A stretch of 63,224 nucleotides of DNA, counting the filler, from Reticulomyxa filosa (lineage: Eukaryota > Protista > Foraminifera), in assembly GCA_000512085.1 (NCBI GenBank). It is 19 parts of 19 records of this genome, joined end to end, with 100 filler letters (N's around TTAATTAATTAA, not from the genome) between each part and the next. Parts side by side here need not be neighbours in the genome. Positions count along the whole stretch, not along the records: positions 50,995 to 61,950 come from ASPP01004644.1; positions 62,051 to 63,224 come from ASPP01011120.1; 17 more parts are not named here. The stretch is one strand, 5' to 3'. The notes under the pieces were generated by a model, which ran no database searches, was not told the origin of the DNA, and was given only the letters and a program-made list of their open reading frames with translations. A program made the translations under genes and the position numbers. Shown piece after piece: positions 52,397-63,224 of this stretch (positions are counted from its first letter, which is position 1; every line of letters begins with the position of its first letter).

Positions 52397-53415
52397 CTAG
52401 TTTTATTTGTTTATTTGTTTATTTGTTCGTTTGTTTGTTTTTTTTGTTCCTTTGTTCAAGTTTTCAATCCATCTTTGTTACATAATCTTTTTTCTTCTGC
52501 CTCCTCCTTCATTCTTTTTTTTCAAACATAACTTTGTTGTTGCAAAAAAAAAAAAAAAAAAAAACGAAAGAGTCTATCGTTTGTTTGCGACAAAGAGTTG
52601 ATGGTTCATTATTCAATAGTTGACTAATTTTTGTAATTCCTTCAGCTCTAGTTTTTTTTCTCCAGGCGAAATGAAGAAAATTTTGAAGCTGGAAAGTGTG
52701 TTTGTGGAAATGATTTTTTTTTTTTTTTAGTTTGTCTTTTTTTAAAAAAATTCACTTTTAACTTTGCTTTTTTTTGTGTTTGCATCGCCTTGTTCGGCTT
52801 TGGTTTGTCTAGTTACTTTAGTGTTGAGGCATATATGTTGATTTAATTCCTTCAATACATTAAAAAGAGACAAAGGCAAGAAACAATGTAATGGAAGGAT
52901 CAAAAAAAAAAAAAAAAGGATGATAGTTGTTTGTTGCTATTACTAGGTGTTGTATATGAAGTGTCAGGATGGTTTGGTTTAGTTTATTTTTTTCTAATTC
53001 CTTATTCTTATTATTTTTTTTTATGTTTGTTAAATTTTTGCTTTGTTTTCATTTGGTACACGATTTTTGTCATATTATACCAAAACACAACTACGTTGTT
53101 TTGGAGTATGTGTGTCTATTCCTTCTCTTTTTTTTACCTATTTGGTTGAGGATTTCTTGTTCAATGTTTTGTTTGGTTGTTCCCTTTTAAACAAGTATAA
53201 ATCTTTTTCGTTTGAAATTCATCTCAAAAAATACTATCCAAGGATATTTTCATTTTCTATATGCTTGAAATAAGCATAATACGAAAAGGGCTTTGTTCCG
53301 AAAACAAAATTTCAGTAAAAGGAAAATGGACTAAATAAAGATAATTCACAAAAGACAGCGAAAACAAGGCTCTTTTTTTTTAAGGGGACAGTTGTTGATT
53401 AACTGAAATCAATAT

Positions 53416-54550
53416 ATGGAAGCAACATCTTCCCCTTTAATCGACGAGCCTTCTATTACTTTGACACAATCATCAAATAACTCATGTTGTAACTTGAAAA
53501 AATTTCGTCAAAGATATCCTCTTGTTTCTAAATTTGTAACTTGGACGCTAGTATTGTTTGTTATCGCAGAAATAGGTGGGGTAGTGTTTTCTTATTGTGA
53601 ATATTGGCACGAAAAAAATCAAATAAAGTTGAAGAAACAGCTATATGCGAACATTACAACCTCTCTGAATGAAACTATGAGTGAGCAATTGGATCTCTTG
53701 TTATCACTATCTTCAGTTCCAGATGATAACTCAGATAATCGTTGGAGAATAAAACGCGCAGCATTTTTTACATTTACAACAGCAAGTACAATAGGCTATG
53801 GTTTTACAGCGCCCAAAACTACTGCTGGTCGATTGTGTGTGTTTCTTTATGGTTTACCAGCGATAGTAATCTATGGATTAGCTTTTTATAACATTGGCAC
53901 TGTTATGGTGACTTTGACCGACAAACGGTTACAAAATAAAGATAAAAGGCAAAGGTCCTTTCGCCTCATTCGTGAACGCTGTTCATTTGAGGCAAGAAGG
54001 ATGTTGCTTTTGTTTCTTGCCATTGTTGTATTTATGCTCATTGGCGCAATATCCTTGCACTCCAAGGAAGGATGGAGTATTGGTACTGGCATGTATTTTA
54101 TGTGGGTAATTAGTAAATTATTACACATATACACACATATATATATGTGCATATATGTATTCTATTTTGTATTACATATATAGTGTTTATAGTTGAGAAT
54201 TATACAATTGCACGATATGTTGTGATGTAAAGGTGTCTATTTCTACTATTGGATATGGGGATATTGAACCATCTTCTGTAATTGGAGAGGCTCCAGGACT
54301 AGCAAATGTTTTTATATACTTGGGATTAGCTTTGGTGGCTGTGTTTATTGGCTGCTGTCAAGATTGGTTCAAGGAGCATTACTTGAAAAAATGGCAAGTA
54401 CAGGACAATACCAACGATCCATCCCAATCTCAAAAAAATGCTAATGGTTTAAATTCCGATTCTTCTCACGCTCAAAAACTCGACCCAGTATCTGGAGGCC
54501 ATCCGATATTTGTACACCGAGATCCTCCAGACACTGCTGTTATCAATTAA
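53416..54550 (+). CDS. Two-pore-domain potassium channel (K2P)
   Basis: Pore 1 TTASTIGYG and pore 2 SISTIGYGD, joined by GT-AG intron 54106-54232. Four TM helices. Confidence 0.93.
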
Positions 54551-54830
54551 ATTCTTGTTTTGTTAGAACGACTGTTTGCATTTATCAATCAGTTTAATGT
54601 TAATACGTTGTAAAATTTCCTGTCGTTTCTAACAATTGTCCGAATTAATTATATTTTGTAACATCAATCTTCTTTCACTTTTGTTCGTTTAAACTTCTGC
54701 CTGGCTCTAATCAATTCTTTGAATGGAGAAAGAGCAGTAAATTATTTGGATAATTACAACTTCGACAAAAGGTTGTTTTGAATGAAATCTTTATGCTCTT
54801 TATGCAATCCTTCCATTTAGAAAAAAAAAA

Positions 54831-56180
54831 ATGAGCAAAACAGTAGAATACCAAGCGAAATTGTATCCACGACTTGAGAGATTACCTGCAACTTTGTGGA
54901 ATCAATTCAGTGTAACAAGTTTTAACATGTTGACAAGAGGGTAAACACGTAAACTACACTCGTGGCTTCATTCTCTCAACTGAGAGGAAGCAAAAAAGAG
55001 AAACAAAATAATCACTTGAGCGAAAACAGACCCGACAAACCTGTTTAAAACAAAAATAAAGTTTTGAACAAAAAGGTTACTATCAGTATGTAAACGAACA
55101 AGCCCGATTGTGGTCATTCCGTCGTCCAAAACTGGTAAAAATAATTGACAGTTTTAGGAGCGATATAATATGTTTGCAAGAAGTATTTTCTCCTACATTC
55201 TCTCAAGAATTTGGAAACGTATTGAAATGCACAAAAGAATTGGGTTTTGAACACGTTATGGAAGATACCACTCACCACATAACCTGTTGTACTCTGTTTG
55301 ATCCGAAAAAATTTGCAATGATTTATCGTGAATTTCGAAGTCGAAATGTGCTTGCATTGTTGGAAAGATTGACAACAGAGGCAGATGAAAAACGGAGTCT
55401 GTGCAGAACAATAATGAAGAAAATATAGGTTGTTCTCGCTATATTTTCGTCGCGAATGTTCATTTAGAAGGCTCTCCTGATAAATGGCCAACTCGCTTTG
55501 CACGGATAAAATCTATACTCAGCCGTATTTCCTTTCGCTTGTCCGAATTGGTATATTGTAAAAGAAAAATTTGTTTCAAAAAAATTGCAACTAACTCCAT
55601 CCTTTTTGTCTTTGTTGTTCCAAAACATTTATTAAAGGGCCTTGATAGTCACAGTGTGCCAGTGATTATTTGTGGTGATATGAATAGTGGAAAAGGTGAA
55701 GTGGTTGATCAAATGCTTTTGGAGGGTAAATTGAGTAAGGATTATCGAGATAAAAGATGGCCTGATGTAACATTGAGCGCCAAAGAACAAAAAAGTGATT
55801 ACTTACATGAATATCTGTTTCGTGACAGCTATGAACAATTACCTTTAGATTTGCAATTGTCGTATCCCAATATTACTTTTGCAGCTGGTGGAGGTATCAG
55901 TGTTGTCGATTTTTTGTATTATACGTACAATAATTGCCAATTAATTGGAGTTCAAAATACTTTACCAGAGTTTATGCAATACAATATTCAGGAATTGTTA
56001 TTACCCAATGAAAATTGGGTCAGTGATCATTTACCAATTGCTGCAGTGTATCAATTCATTCCAGTGAAAAATGGATTAAGGCAAGCTCAAACCAAAGCAA
56101 AGGAAAAAACCAAGACTAAAAAAAAAGAATATTTAGAAAACCCCCAAAATAAAGCGAAAATATCAGCAAAAAAAAATTGA
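54831..56180 (+). CDS. Endonuclease/exonuclease/phosphatase protein (CCR4/nocturnin/Angel/PDE12-like)
   Basis: SFNML, DIICLQEV, NVHL, ICGDMNS, VDFLYY and SDHLPI motifs. Intron 54941-55061. One-base frameshift in an A-run near 55390. Confidence 0.88.
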
Positions 56181-56399
56181 AGATACTGCAACAAAATGGA
56201 AACCCATAAGGACCTTTTAATTTCATCTTTTCAATGTAATACAACAAAAACTTTTTCATTCTCGTCATTTAAAAATCTTCAAATAATGAAATATTTCAGT
56301 TTTTCATTTTTCCATAATTCTACTGTTCTGAATTATGACAAGAGAAATTCTCACAGTTTTTTGTTACTTCTTTTGAAAGAGATATGCGCTTTATTTCAA

Positions 56400-57297
56400 A
56401 TGGAAAATAAGAAAAGCCTCCATCTTCCAATATTATTAAATACAAGCACGCCTTTTGAAAATTGGCCAAAATCAGCTCGCTCTACGTATAGTCTGTCGTC
56501 AAGACATGATATAGAGTTCTTGAAAGAAAAGCCAGAGTTAGCAAATAAATCAATTAAAAGTTTTTCAGATAAACCACTCTTGTTGATTAAAATGGAACGA
56601 TTGGTACACAAGGAATTAATGCAAACAGTAAATCAAGTTGACTCTGATGCAAATATCAATGAATCACGTTTGGATGTATTTTCTCAATGTTTTGAAATGT
56701 TTATTGAAGAGATGAGTACATACAAAGCAATCTTGAGACAAATCAAATGCGAGTACCACAGAGTAATTGACAGTGCAGTGCAAAAATTAAGCCAAGTCCA
56801 CAAACTAGAAACTGAAATAAAAACAATGAAAGCACAATATAACAGCAAGGTAAAAGCTCTTCAAGATGATTTTCAAGCACAACTGAATGAAAGACAAAAT
56901 TTGATTCATGCATTAGAGTCTGAACTTCAACAAAATAAGTTCACATCTACACCTTTCATAATTTTTACAGCTAAAAGCTTTTTAAAAATGTGTGAAAAGG
57001 AAAAAATATTCGAGAATTGATGATATGTTAACGCAAAATGAAATAACGACAACATCGTTAAAAATCGAGCTAGATGATGCCAAACGATCAAGAGATCTCT
57101 TTTTTCAACAAAATAAATACTATCAGCAAGTTGCAGAGCAAATGATTGCTGAAAAAGATAAAGCCGAAAAGCTATATCAAAACAATGAAATTGAAATACA
57201 TAAACTCCAAAATTTGTATGAAGAAGCAACACAAGAATTGATAAAACTTCAAATAGAATTAGAAAACACTCGTCCACAAACTTCTTTCACACAATAA
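56400..57297 (+). CDS. TSNAXIP1_N-domain coiled-coil protein (TSNAXIP1/CLHC1-like)
   Basis: RLDVFSQCFEMFIEEMSTYKAILRQIKCEY followed by a coiled coil. Intron near 56939-57015. Confidence 0.7.
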
Positions 57298-58353
57298 ATT
57301 AAACGAATTTGCGAAAAATGTTCAACTAGTCTTTTTTTATCAATTGTAAATAGGATGAACATGTATCATTTTTACAAGCGTCCTGTTTTCATAAGTTTTT
57401 GTATAAATAGTGCACGTAATGAACAAATAGCATGATACTGTTTTTTAAATTGTTGCTTTCTTATGCATATTTAATAAGCTATTTACTAGTTACACTTTTT
57501 GAACTGGTGTAACTTAAGCTTACAACAAATAACGTTTTCATTCCAATAGATTATGAATAGCAGATTTAGGTATTACATACACGAATTTAGTTACCAATGC
57601 AGAATGACGTTAGTGTCTTCTAACTATTACATAAATTTCATTGTCAATATAATAGTGTAGATATGTTATCATTTTTGCGTGATGTATAGAAATTAGACAT
57701 GATCAATTCTAATATTATTATAGTCATAATAAACAGTAGCAATAGTGAAAATTTAATTTTGTTTATTTTTCCTTTCGCTCTCTTGCTACGTGTATTCTCT
57801 TTTTATTAAATTTTTTTGATATGCAAAATATTTTTATAATTAGTTTTAATGCTGTCTAAGAAGTTACAACTCAACAGCTAAATTTTTTAATATTTTATTT
57901 TACAGATTTCTTTTTTGTTTGAAAATAATTGAATTAACACGACAGTGACCCAATTTCTAACGATGTACTTTTTTTGAACATTTAATCCAATGTTGCTGAT
58001 TATATTGGCATTGTAAACTTATTTAATAAGGATTCTATATTGTTTTACTCTCGCCATTTCAGCAAAAAAAGAACATGAACCCTTTGCAGACGAGTTAATT
58101 TTGTTTTGAGGCTTTGAAAAAAGCACTGCAGCAAAAAACTTTAAAACTTGTGAACCGTAAGAAAATAATGTTTTTGGACGAAAAGCTAATTTTTGATCTG
58201 ACTCATGGAAAAAAAAAGAGAAAACTTTTAGAACAGCTGTTAAATGATAACCAGCTGAAAATAACAAATGATCAAACAAATAACTATCAGTATTTTGCAT
58301 TTCACTACAAAAACTACCGGATAGCAGGATAACATTAAAAAAAATTTTTAAAT

Positions 58354-61300
58354 TTAAAAACTGTCTTCCTGCGGTGCGGCTTGATTTAAATCATCTCTTC
58401 CAGGTTCATCAGCATTCATTGATAAAGATTCAGTAATTGCCAACAACAGACGTTCTTTCATAATCTCTTTGGTAGAATACTGTGGTAATTCTAAATGAAA
58501 GAAACATGTATGTGCTTTTGGCAATAATCGATCAATATTCGAAGTTGTTCTCACGACAGGCTTAATCAAAAATCTCAACCGTAGTCGTGCAAACTCTTCG
58601 TCATCATTGGGTAATCGCTCTTGAGCCCATGTGAATCGAATAAATTTGCGTTTATTTTCTGGAGATAACTCATTCAATATCTCCCAGAACCATTGAATAT
58701 AATCACTGTTGGGCTCAATTGCTTTGTCATACACAGTATGTCTTCGCAACAAGTCGACATTGATTTGAGGGACTCCACAAATTAATCTTTCCAATTCCTC
58801 CCATGTGAATAATGACAACACATGAATGGGAACAATTTTGTGGATACCTCGTCGAATATACTCCATGTGTGGCATATGTTCATTTAATCTCGCCTGATAT
58901 ACCAATGATACATATTCCTTGCGATTTTCATACGTGACAGGGATTTCACTGCCATTGGGTTTTAGTTCTACTAATGTCATATCCGATAGAGTTGTCATAA
59001 ATGTTTCTTTCACTTCATTTTCAAACTCATCCTTTTTCTCTGGAGGATAGTTCCAAATTTCATCCAATCCCTTGCACAAGAACGTGTCAATTTCATACAA
59101 ATCTTTTCGTCCACAGCTCACTCCAACCAATGGTTTCCAAAAGAATGCCGGCAAAGACAGGTTCAATTTTACACCTGTTCGCAAGCACATTCCAATCAAC
59201 TTACCCAAAAATTCACACATGCCAAATTGCTCTTCTTTCAAATTTGCACTGTCTTTGGCCGATTGGATATTCAGTCCTTCTGATGCTCCCTTGTGAGCAC
59301 TACGTTCAGGTACATCAGCGCCATTGTCGCCATGGGCTGTCTCTTCTGCAGCATTTGCATTAACAGCAGATGATGCGGATAGCAATAAATTCGGATGGGA
59401 AGGCCGAATAATGAATTTATCTTTGTTCATCAAATCCAATTGTGGTCTGCGACCATTTGGAGTGAGTTGGAATAAATAGGACTCTGGACTTTGCAATTCA
59501 TTGCTGACATCACTAAAGTACTGTCGATAAGGACCAGTGTCACCTTCCACAAATTGTCCAATTAATTCCAACACAAAGGCAACAAATGGATCTGCACCTT
59601 GAGGTTTGGGTGGTCGGAGTTGCGACTCATCCACATGGGACAGCTGTTGATACCCAAAGCCAAAGTTGGATTCCGTTGCAAAATCTAATGAACCAACGGT
59701 GGACAGTTTGTTCAATAATTTCATGCGATTCATCCTTACAACGGGCTTCTTTTCCACTGGCTGAGATGTTGCATCCATTACACTTTGCAAGAAATCAGTC
59801 TTCACTTGAGTGAATATGTATTCATCACCGACGATGCATATTAAATGGGCCAATGAAGAGAGCATCTCATAGTTGGACAGATTCACAAAGGCCAACATTT
59901 TGGCCACTACCGCATTGAGACATCGGAATGCACTGAAACGTAGTCGTAACATTTCAACGGGTGTTTCGTCTTTGAAAAGGAGTAAGTCGCGCAAGCTCGG
60001 ATCGCTTTGCACTTCTTCTGGTAATACATGTCGGATATACATTGGTCTTAGCTGTTGCAACGAATGGAATCCTAATTTTTCTGCAATTGCAAAGCAATGT
60101 TTCAGGAACAGTGTATCAAAGTGTGGACATTTGGTGACAATATTCTTTTGGAATACAATTTGCTCTTGCAGCGAACTTTCAAAATTGTTGTTAAATCTTC
60201 GTGTCCCGTAGTGGTCATAGCCATTGGCATACACCCAATCAAACACAACTTTCGGATTGATTTTGATTAGTAATATAATTACGCTTTGCACCTGTTCCCA
60301 TGTGAGTATGGTCGTTTCATCATTGATTTCCAGTTGTTCGTACAATGACAAAATCAGTTCTTGCACTTCTGGATTTTGGGACAGCAACTGTGTAAACGCC
60401 TCTTGTGTGATTTCTTCTTTCGAATTGGCTTGGATATCTCTAAATACTATCGTTTTGAACAATGCTTTCCATTGATCTTTTAGGTTTTCTTTTGAGTGTT
60501 TGCTGTCCTTTTTGTCTTCCGCTTCATTCACATTGCTTTGTTCCGTTGTGTCCTTATCTTTTTTTTCTTCCTTTGTTTCGATTGGTTCGTCTTTGGTTGT
60601 AACTACACTTTCAGATTCTTTCAAAAACAAGCCTTTCAAAAATGTGTCTTTGGCAATGTGCATATCCGGCAATTCCGAAAAGCGAATAATCTGCAATTGG
60701 CTTACAATGGGCTCCAAAACATATCTTTCCTTCTCTTTTTTTTGCTCTGGTTTGTCAACCAGAATGTATTGATTGGAGGGCAATGTCTCTGTCGTCGCCT
60801 TTATCGGCTCTGAGGCTACTGGTTGTTGTGCCGGCTCTGAGGCTACTGGTTGTTGTTGTGCCGGCTCTGTGACTGGGGCAGCATTTGTATTTGTACTGGA
60901 AGTAGGAACTATGGCTTCCTGTGATGTAGGTTGCGCAGAGGCCTGTCCAGATTCTGGAGGAACTGGCTGTTGTTGTTGTTGGGGCGAAGTGTTTTCATTG
61001 ACACTTGTTGCAGGGGGTGGTTGGAAAATGTCGGGAACAGCTCCGCTGGAAGAGTCTTCACTGGAAGCGCTGGTTTGTCGCGGCAAAGCCAGATTGCCTT
61101 TTTCAGGTTCCAAAAATTCCTGTTCGCATCCGCTGGGTGCCTTTACGGTGATACCACTAATGGACAGCAATGCTTGCTCCACTTCTTCGGTTACGTTGCT
61201 TACTTCGATAATTGCAAATCGATGGGTCAATTGCACCTTTGATGAGGTCGGTGGAGGCAATTCCAAAGTCCCATAGATTTCAAAGGCGGTCAATGCCAAA

Positions 61301-61950
61301 GCAAAAGTGCCACTGGAATTTGGTCCAGTGATAAGGATTCGGAATTTGTGATAGAATTTCTGCGGAACATCGTCAGGGATTTTCCATTGATGGATTTGTC
61401 CGGCCTTTTTCAATGACTCATCATTCTTATGATCGATCAATACATCCCACTTGCTGTTGATGTCAATGTCTTCCGTGACTGTGGAAGTCGACAGTGCATG
61501 AGCACTGCTTTCTTGACATCCTTCCAATCTCCAATTGCGCAATGCATCACGATCACTGTATGAATAATGTCGCAATTTGTAATAAGAAGGACAGACTCGT
61601 CTTTCGCCAAAGTCGATAATCACATAACTGTCAGGCTCCGATTTGGTGACGCAGCGAACGGACTTGTTTCCGACAATACTATTTGCAGGTTTGCTATTGG
61701 GAGCTAAGCTTTTCATTCGAATATGAAGCAATCCCTCGTCCATTGGATTCTTCCAAGCTTCTGCTTTTCCATTGGTCGCCAAAAAATGTACGATTCCCTT
61801 TTCATCCATTTCTTTGATGTTAACTCCCGGATGAAACACCTTGCGAATAAATGTGCGTTTCTTGGTAACAGGCTTGTTGGCCTGTGGATCAGAACCCAAA
61901 TGGATATCTCCAAGACATACTCTTGTGTCCGACTCGATGCGTTGGATGCA
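58354..61950 (-). CDS. Large HECT E3 ubiquitin ligase with HECTD1-like SUN/galactose-binding-like domain, 5' truncated
   Basis: 1181-aa exon. GPYRQYF, FLGKLIG, WFWEIL, FIRFTW and LPKAHTCFFHLELPQY (catalytic Cys). Upstream WKNP...YKLRHY...ALRNWRLEG domain. Confidence 0.95.
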   Translation of the reverse strand, partial: CIQRIESDTRVCLGDIHLGSDPQANKPVTKKRTFIRKVFHPGVNIKEMDEKGIVHFLATNGKAEAWKNPMDEGLLHIRMKSLAPNSKPANSIVGNKSVRCVTKSEPDSYVIIDFGERRVCPSYYKLRHYSYSDRDALRNWRLEGCQESSAHALSTSTVTEDIDINSKWDVLIDHKNDESLKKAGQIHQWKIPDDVPQKFYHKFRILITGPNSSGTFALALTAFEIYGTLELPPPTSSKVQLTHRFAIIEVSNVTEEVEQALLSISGITVKAPSGCEQEFLEPEKGNLALPRQTSASSEDSSSGAVPDIFQPPPATSVNENTSPQQQQQPVPPESGQASAQPTSQEAIVPTSSTNTNAAPVTEPAQQQPVASEPAQQPVASEPIKATTETLPSNQYILVDKPEQKKEKERYVLEPIVSQLQIIRFSELPDMHIAKDTFLKGLFLKESESVVTTKDEPIETKEEKKDKDTTEQSNVNEAEDKKDSKHSKENLKDQWKALFKTIVFRDIQANSKEEITQEAFTQLLSQNPEVQELILSLYEQLEINDETTILTWEQVQSVIILLIKINPKVVFDWVYANGYDHYGTRRFNNNFESSLQEQIVFQKNIVTKCPHFDTLFLKHCFAIAEKLGFHSLQQLRPMYIRHVLPEEVQSDPSLRDLLLFKDETPVEMLRLRFSAFRCLNAVVAKMLAFVNLSNYEMLSSLAHLICIVGDEYIFTQVKTDFLQSVMDATSQPVEKKPVVRMNRMKLLNKLSTVGSLDFATESNFGFGYQQLSHVDESQLRPPKPQGADPFVAFVLELIGQFVEGDTGPYRQYFSDVSNELQSPESYLFQLTPNGRRPQLDLMNKDKFIIRPSHPNLLLSASSAVNANAAEETAHGDNGADVPERSAHKGASEGLNIQSAKDSANLKEEQFGMCEFLGKLIGMCLRTGVKLNLSLPAFFWKPLVGVSCGRKDLYEIDTFLCKGLDEIWNYPPEKKDEFENEVKETFMTTLSDMTLVELKPNGSEIPVTYENRKEYVSLVYQARLNEHMPHMEYIRRGIHKIVPIHVLSLFTWEELERLICGVPQINVDLLRRHTVYDKAIEPNSDYIQWFWEILNELSPENKRKFIRFTWAQERLPNDDEEFARLRLRFLIKPVVRTTSNIDRLLPKAHTCFFHLELPQYSTKEIMKERLLLAITESLSMNADEPGRDDLNQAAPQEDSF
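60804..60872 (-). repeat. Coding tandem repeat (EPAQQ(Q)PVAS) in the HECT linker
   Basis: CGGCTCTGAGGCTACTGGTTGTTGT is repeated with 27-30 nt spacing. Confidence 0.85.
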
Positions 61951-62080
61951 NNNNNNNNNNNNNNNNNNNNNNNNNNNNNNNNNNNNNNNNNNNNTTAATT
62001 AATTAANNNNNNNNNNNNNNNNNNNNNNNNNNNNNNNNNNNNNNNNNNNNAAAAAAAAAGTATCGCCCAACATATTTATT

Positions 62081-63224
62081 CTACAACGTAACTCTGGAAA
62101 TGATACTGTTAGGTCCTTGTTGAGGAGGTGCCTCGGGCGACTCTGAATCACTTGCATCATCTTTTTTTTTTTGATGAGATTTTTTTTTCTTACTTGATAA
62201 TTCTACTCTTTTTTTTTTTATGGAGAGAAAAAAAAACAAAAAAAAAACCTGAAACAGGTATGCTGGGTATGGGTCGAGGTCGAAACAACGAGAGAGGCTG
62301 CGTAAGGGTAATTGTGGCAGTGGGGTCTGTGATTTTAGTCTTTTTTTTTTGTGCTGTTGTCGGCGGCGTCTGGGGCTGGCTGAGGCGGCAAAGACAGTGA
62401 CAAAGATAAGCCACAAATGGGTTCTTCTTCGGGACTGATACCCGCCTTGTCATTTTTGTCTTGTGCTTTGATCGACAGCACTGGCTCTGGTTCGTGAGAC
62501 GTCACTGGAGTTATCTTTTTTAAAAAATTAAAAATTGGGATCCAAGAAAAAAAACAAACAAATTATGGATAAAGGTACCTCCTGTCCTTTCTCTTTTTCT
62601 TTTTCTCTTTCTTTTTCTTTTTCTTTTTCTTTTTCATTATCACTTTCTCTTTCTCTTTCTTTTTCTGTTTCAAAATCATAATCATAAAGACGTTCTTTTT
62701 CTTTTTCTTTCTCTTTTTGTTTGCTGATGTCATAGTTATTGGGTTTGTCTCGTACACTTTCGATTTGATGTGGAGTTGTACTTGTGGTGGCGGGCGACCC
62801 CAAGACGGGAGACAACGCTCCGCTGCCGCTTGCTCTCGAAGCCAGCCCGATGTCATTGGGGTCATCTCGGTCGTCTGCGGTGTCGACGTCAACCAGGTGC
62901 TTTTCTTTGTCCGATGGCTTGACACTGGGAGACGTTCTGCGAGTGGACATGATGGATCCCAATTTGGGATAGCTGTTGGTTTTCACAATCGACGACACCG
63001 TCCCAATGTGTTCCGTTTTTTTTTGCTGTTTTCGTGGCCAGCGGCGCAGACTTTTCGTTTTCTTCGAGCTCGAAAGGGGTGTTTGATCAACGCTTTGTTT
63101 GGGACTCTTTTCGTTGATTCGAAGATGAGTTGGAGATAAGTTTGATGACTCTTTCAAGTCTTGTTGTGGTATTTGTGTTTGTGTTTGTATTTGTATTTGT
63201 GATTGTGATTGTGATTGTGATTGT
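62081..63224 (-). CDS. Low-complexity S/K/E-rich hypothetical protein fragment
   Basis: ORF 62528-63157 has EK repeats and probable downstream exons. Both ends are truncated. Confidence 0.45.

Noticed and set aside
52783-52830. ATCGCCTTGTTCGGCTTTTGG resembling the U2 snRNA 5' end
   Set aside because: No GTAGTA branch-pairing sequence or downstream U2 stems.
55385-55402. Frameshift in the EEP nuclease gene
   Set aside because: It falls in an A-run and all catalytic motifs are intact, so an indel error is most likely.
4437-62050. Regularly recurring TTAATTAATTAA flanked by Ns, resembling a repeat or CRISPR-like array, and ORFs ending in X...LIN
   Set aside because: Artificial concatenation linker. 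ORFs running into it are artefacts, and there is no CRISPR array or cas gene.
1-63224. Apparent cluster of ubiquitin-system genes (RING, F-box-like, HECT, WD40, Kelch, PPPDE)
   Set aside because: They lie on unrelated contigs. Co-occurrence reflects genome-wide family abundance, not linkage.

Overview
This window is not one locus. It is 19 short draft contigs joined by 18 identical artificial 100-nt linkers (44 N + TTAATTAATTAA + 44 N), so adjacency across linkers has no biological meaning. Eighteen contigs are AT-rich, intron-containing eukaryotic DNA. The expanded WD40, Kelch and RING-like families and frequent pseudogenes suggest the foraminiferan Reticulomyxa filosa or a close relative (inference from recalled family signatures, not a database search). 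One contig (24182-25267) is GC-rich bacterial DNA. Recognisable genes include a dynein light intermediate chain, syntaxin-18/SYP81, a GH47 mannosidase, a mitochondrial carrier, an SR/RRM protein, a K2P channel, a CCR4/nocturnin-like EEP nuclease, a TSNAXIP1-like protein, a large HECT E3, a BEACH/Alfy-like ARM region, a PPPDE-like peptidase and a disrupted Neverland-type sterol 7-desaturase. The most interesting signals are: (1) a ~710-nt intergenic candidate structured RNA with end-to-end pairing and an RNase P/MRP-like pseudoknot topology; (2) a 33-39 aa phase-0 exon module found N-terminal to WD40 propellers and C-terminal to a Kelch propeller, a candidate lineage-specific adaptor box; (3) a palindromic TA|CAGTA MITE family at three contig ends; (4) an EF-hand-like plus G-gamma-like fusion protein ending in -CC.
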